A stretch of DNA of 63,480 bases, the filler included, from Phoronis australis (taxonomy: Eukaryota; Animalia; Phoronida), in assembly GCA_002633005.1 (NCBI GenBank). It is 11 parts of 11 records of this genome, joined end to end, with 100 filler letters (N's around TTAATTAATTAA, not from the genome) between each part and the next. Parts side by side here need not be neighbours in the genome. Positions count along the whole stretch, not along the records: positions 57,730 to 60,136 come from NMRA01002483.1; positions 60,237 to 63,480 come from NMRA01003125.1; 9 more parts are not named here. The stretch is one strand, 5' to 3'. Below the pieces are notes generated by a model, which saw nothing but the letters and a program-made list of their open reading frames with translations, was not told the origin of the DNA and did no database searches. Position numbers and translations under genes: made by a program. Below, in pieces: positions 59,601-63,480 of this stretch; the stretch's first letter is position 1, and every line of letters begins with the position of its first letter.

Positions 59601-60060
59601 TCACATGTTTTATAAATGGGTGTTTTTTATGTAAAAGTTATGTCACGTATATGATCGATCTATGTCAATTATTGTGCACAAAACCGTGAGTTTTAATTTA
59701 AAAGACCCGGTGAAGTTTGTTCAGAGCTAATGTTTTGTGTTGCAAAGGTAGTGCAGTCCTCGGAACAGCGCTGGTCATGCCGAACCATGGTTAGTGGGTC
59801 GTGGTCTGTAGAAGCAAATAGCTCATTCGTAATACTTTTAACCTGTCGTTTTCACTTAGTACATAGGTGTACTTGTGCAAAGCTGCACATATTCGCGTAA
59901 TTATATGACAACGAATGCAGTGAAAAATGGCGAAGTTTTCGAAATTGAAGAGTTTGTGTTTGTCAACCATCAGTAATATATTTGATAATATTATTATATT
60001 ACGTTGTTATTACTTTGCAGATAATATTTAAACGTTATCTTGTTTTGGCTTTCAGTTGAG

Positions 60061-60136
60061 TTAAAGGAAAATGCCACCCGATTTATTTAGTCTTTTTTGC
60101 CGTCTTAATCGGTCTATATCCACTTCGCCTCGCATA
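60061..60136 (+). mobile_element. Terminus of a second copy of the Kolobok family, truncated by the spacer
   Basis: TTAAAGGAAAATGCCACCCGATTTATTTAGTCTTTT...TATATCCAC matches the reverse complement of 55520-55596. Confidence 0.85.
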
Positions 60137-60936
60137 NNNNNNNNNNNNNNNNNNNNNNNNNNNNNNNNNNNNNNNNNNNNTTAATTAATTAANNNNNNNN
60201 NNNNNNNNNNNNNNNNNNNNNNNNNNNNNNNNNNNNCGTGGAAATGAGAATCAACTTTGCTTTTTGGACTAATTGACGGCTTTTAAGGGGCCATGCGTTT
60301 TAAGTCGGTGGCGAGAATTACAACGAAACGCTCTTTCACCAACAGCTTGCTATCATGTCATTCCGTATGATTCAAAATTACTATGGCATGAGTTTCAGGT
60401 TTTTTTGTTACCAAGAATGAGTACTAGGTTACGACGTCGCGTTCGTTATTCATCGGCTTTTGCAGTTGTAAGCACTTGCGACGCATTCACTTTCCGAAAG
60501 TAAAATAGATGGCGCTCGATACAGGTCATTTACAGATCAATGGCTCAGCGTGCATCAATTAATGTTTTTAGCAACTTCTGGTCAGTGATAGCTCGGTTCT
60601 CGAGTTACTATGTTGTTAAGAATTTATCGGGAATAGACAGTTCTTACAATTTAGTTAGATGTATACATCAACAACCTGACTTAACATAAATATATGCGGT
60701 ACGTACAGGGTATAACCTGTCCAAAACATAGTTGAATGGTGAACTCCGAAACATTAACCTCACTAAATTATAGATATTCTATCAAATAAGAAAATACATG
60801 TATTTTTATGACTGTGTTATCATGAGTCATACACGCAATTACTGGCTACCCTCCTGTCTCGTGGTAAACAGCCAAATGGTCAGAAAAAACATGGAGAGAA
60901 CTAGTTGTTCACTCATGAATTTCATAATGTTTTTGT

Positions 60937-61088
60937 CATCATCGTCATCACCAGCATCATCATCATCATCATCATCATTATCATCACTATCATCATCATC
61001 ATCGTCATCATCATCATACAACAGCCTCTTTACCACCTCTATTGTCGTTACCATCATCACCAACACAACTACCAACATCATCATCACG

Positions 61089-61128
<40 letters not shown>

Positions 61129-61237
61129 TATCATCACTGGCAGTGTCATGATCAACGACAACTGCTTCCATCACCGTCACTGTCATCATAACTACCCTGT
61201 TTATCCTGCCTGTCGCCATCACAACTACCACCATCAC
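60937..61237. repeat. (CAT)n/(CAC)n compound trinucleotide microsatellite
   Basis: Directly visible; accounts for the poly-S, poly-D and poly-I ORFs. Confidence 0.95.
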
Positions 61238-61359
61238 AAAATGTCAGTGACGTCGCCACTACACTGTATATCTTCAGGGAATATTTGTCATCAACTATAA
61301 ACTGTCACCACATGTAGTTCTCACGTGTGCTAACAACAGTCGTGGCACGTGATACTTAC

Positions 61360-61530
61360 AAGGGTCGTGGCAGACCCCGTTGCAGTCCCTGAAATAGCTC
61401 CCATACGGAGCATACTCGGGAATTAATGTGCCGCAATAGCCGCAGAGGTCGAGCTTGTTTTTTCCATTACACATTCCCGAGCAATCGTACAAAGATTCAG
61501 AGAAGTCAGCGGCAAAACTTGTGTTCCCAC
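61360..61530 (-). CDS. Internal exon of a Cys-rich extracellular protein with DC.G.C.G...D.CG.CG repeats
   Basis: Acceptor ttttccag, donor gtaagt, phase 1-1; GGNTSFAADFSESLYDCSGMCNGKNKLDLCGYCGTLIPEYAPYGSYFRDCNGVCHDP. Confidence 0.8.
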
Positions 61531-62629
61531 CTGGAAAATCAAGAATTGGAATTTCATTGATTATTGTAATAAAATAATTAATTGGGAGTGTCTACCTTTC
61601 AAGAAATGAAGTTGAAAGATATGGTATTCAGAAGTGTGAAACTCACGGACTTCGTTTGCCAAACCCGTCTCACTCCATGTTCTTGAACCGCTATTTGCAA
61701 ACTATTCACTGTAATATAAGCAAGTGATTATATCACAAGTAATCCAAAGAGTATTTGTTTAGAAAGTATAAACGAGTTTATGTCTTGGCGATGTGATCTT
61801 TACACTTCCTACCAAGGCATGCGCATTGACGCCCAGACACGGAATTCAGTGTGTTGTTCATCACGTTTTAACAGAGCCACTTTTCAGAACAGGTGGCGTG
61901 TCAGAGGATAAAGTAATTTGTGCTTCATTGGTTGACACAAAACGATTTTTTTCGGATGGGCATGTATTATGCGCGCATTACTGCGTTTCTCGAAGATTCT
62001 TGCAACGAGTATCAAGAACTCAGACCCCATCCAGCAACATTTTGTGACGGGTTTGTAGAGTTTGGCAACATAATACTGCTTTTTGGAAGAAATGGAACGA
62101 AATTACATGTAGCAACTGCTGAAAAAATATCCAATGCAAGAAATGGAAAGCATTGGCAGCTCTACAAACCCGTCTCAAAACGTTGCTTGAACAGCGACAG
62201 GAGTTTTATTATTTTTTTTTAGCTACAGACCTAAACATTTCATTGCGCCCTTCTAAAACCCGAGTGCGCTTATCGCGTGCACATGGTTTTCAGTGTCACG
62301 GAGAGATGTTTCAAAAATACAGAAACAAAACTGTTGTTGGTGTTCCACAAAATCAGTTATTGCAAGCGTTCTGGTGCCAGTGCTGTAGTGGTAAAATTAG
62401 AGGTAAGAAGGCGCCTAAAGCCCATCTCATCACCTTGAACACGGAACGTAACTTACGGTGCGTAGGCGCTACGTTCATATGCAAAAATGTGGTTGGCTGC
62501 GCCTACGTGCTTCTACGCCCCACTACAGCACTGACTGGTGCACGTTGTACCAGACGTGATCAGGCCGCTCACATGGTCATTGCACTGATCACCTGGGACC
62601 ACGAATATTTTTTAATATACAATTAAAAC

Positions 62630-62720
62630 CGACATGAGGAGCTAGAGACCTTACTCAAAGGTCCAGCACTGTGTCCCAGTGAGACTCGAACCCACAAGAT
62701 CACCAATAACCCGAACTCTT
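62630..62720 (-). mobile_element. tRNA-derived SINE fragment
   Basis: Pol III B-box GGGTTCGAGTCTC on the minus strand followed by a CCTTTGAGTAAGG core-like segment; no cloverleaf. Confidence 0.4.
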
Positions 62721-63480
62721 CAGTCTTAGGTACTTGGATATACATGTACATGTAATGACAGTAAAATTATGTAAAAAACGCATACTAAAAACACACTGAA
62801 ATTTAGTGGACTGAACACACTGGTGGCATTAAAAGTGTAACAAATCACGAATTTTGATACACTGTATAAAATGAGACTTGGGACTGACAACTGGGACCAC
62901 ACTGAAATTCTGGACTAGCTGTTACAGTAGGCTAATAGTAGTTGACCTGTTATTCGCTAACCCGTGTGAAGCCAGTGTGAACGACGAATTGAACACGCTT
63001 TGTTTTTTCCACAGGATAAACATGTTCCGTTGTTTGTGCTCCACATTTTCCGTTATCTTAAGGCATTTTTGCTATGGCGAGGAGCTGTTTTTGTGGTGGA
63101 TTCGACAACAAGGCTTCCAATCACGCTGTGACACTTTTTGTCTTTAAACGGGAGAAAGCGATTTCGATGACGTTTTGACAATTTTCTTAATTTGTTGGTG
63201 GCAGTTTAACAGTAACATGTGTTTGTTAAATTACTATCTATAAATGTTAAGTTTACCAATAGTAAATGCATTTCCTTGGGGATTATGACCTACATTCGGG
63301 AAAGTAACTTCGTACACTGCAGTTCTGGAGTCCCTTTCATATACAAAAGTGCCTTAAGATTTAAGTCAAGAATTTTGTCTTGCACTACCACTTCACATTT
63401 GCTGAAAAAAGGTTCAGTCAAGTGATTGCGAGCACATCACAGTCTAAAACAATTAAAACGTGATGACGTGTTCACTGAAT

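Noticed and set aside
60798-61300. Poly-Asp, poly-Ser and poly-Ile ORFs (possible acidic biomineral protein)
   Set aside because: (CAT)n microsatellite open in several frames, with no supporting splice sites or signal peptide; it lies in the intron after the 61360 exon.

Overview
This is eukaryotic DNA, most likely from an invertebrate animal (AT-rich, GT-AG introns, animal gene families). It consists of 11 contigs joined by ten artificial 100-bp spacers (44 N + TTAATTAATTAA + 44 N), so adjacency across spacers cannot be trusted, and most ORFs in the supplied track are spurious. Genes were assembled by hand from splice sites. They are: the last two exons of a DEG/ENaC channel with an unusual GWS filter; a complete 7-exon, 234-aa secreted protein (signal peptide, WAP, an 8-Cys NYCGGC module and three highly cationic antistasin domains); three exons of a MATCAP/KIAA0895-family tubulin carboxypeptidase with a long C-terminal extension; the last four exons of a single-pass membrane protein whose cytoplasmic tail matches podocalyxin/CD34 motif by motif and ends in DTRL; one VPS51 exon; one Cys-rich exon; and a decayed tandem array of possible cystine-knot genes. 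Mobile DNA is abundant: a Gmr1-like Ty3/Gypsy, a BEL/Pao 5' end, two LINE remnants, two Academ remnants, an internally deleted Kolobok, a hAT fragment, Helentron-like (HINE) elements carrying arrays of CTCF-like motifs, and several MITEs. The best leads are the invertebrate podocalyxin-like gene, the WAP-antistasin protein and the CTCF-motif-bearing HINE. Family assignments rest on motifs recalled from memory; no database search was run.
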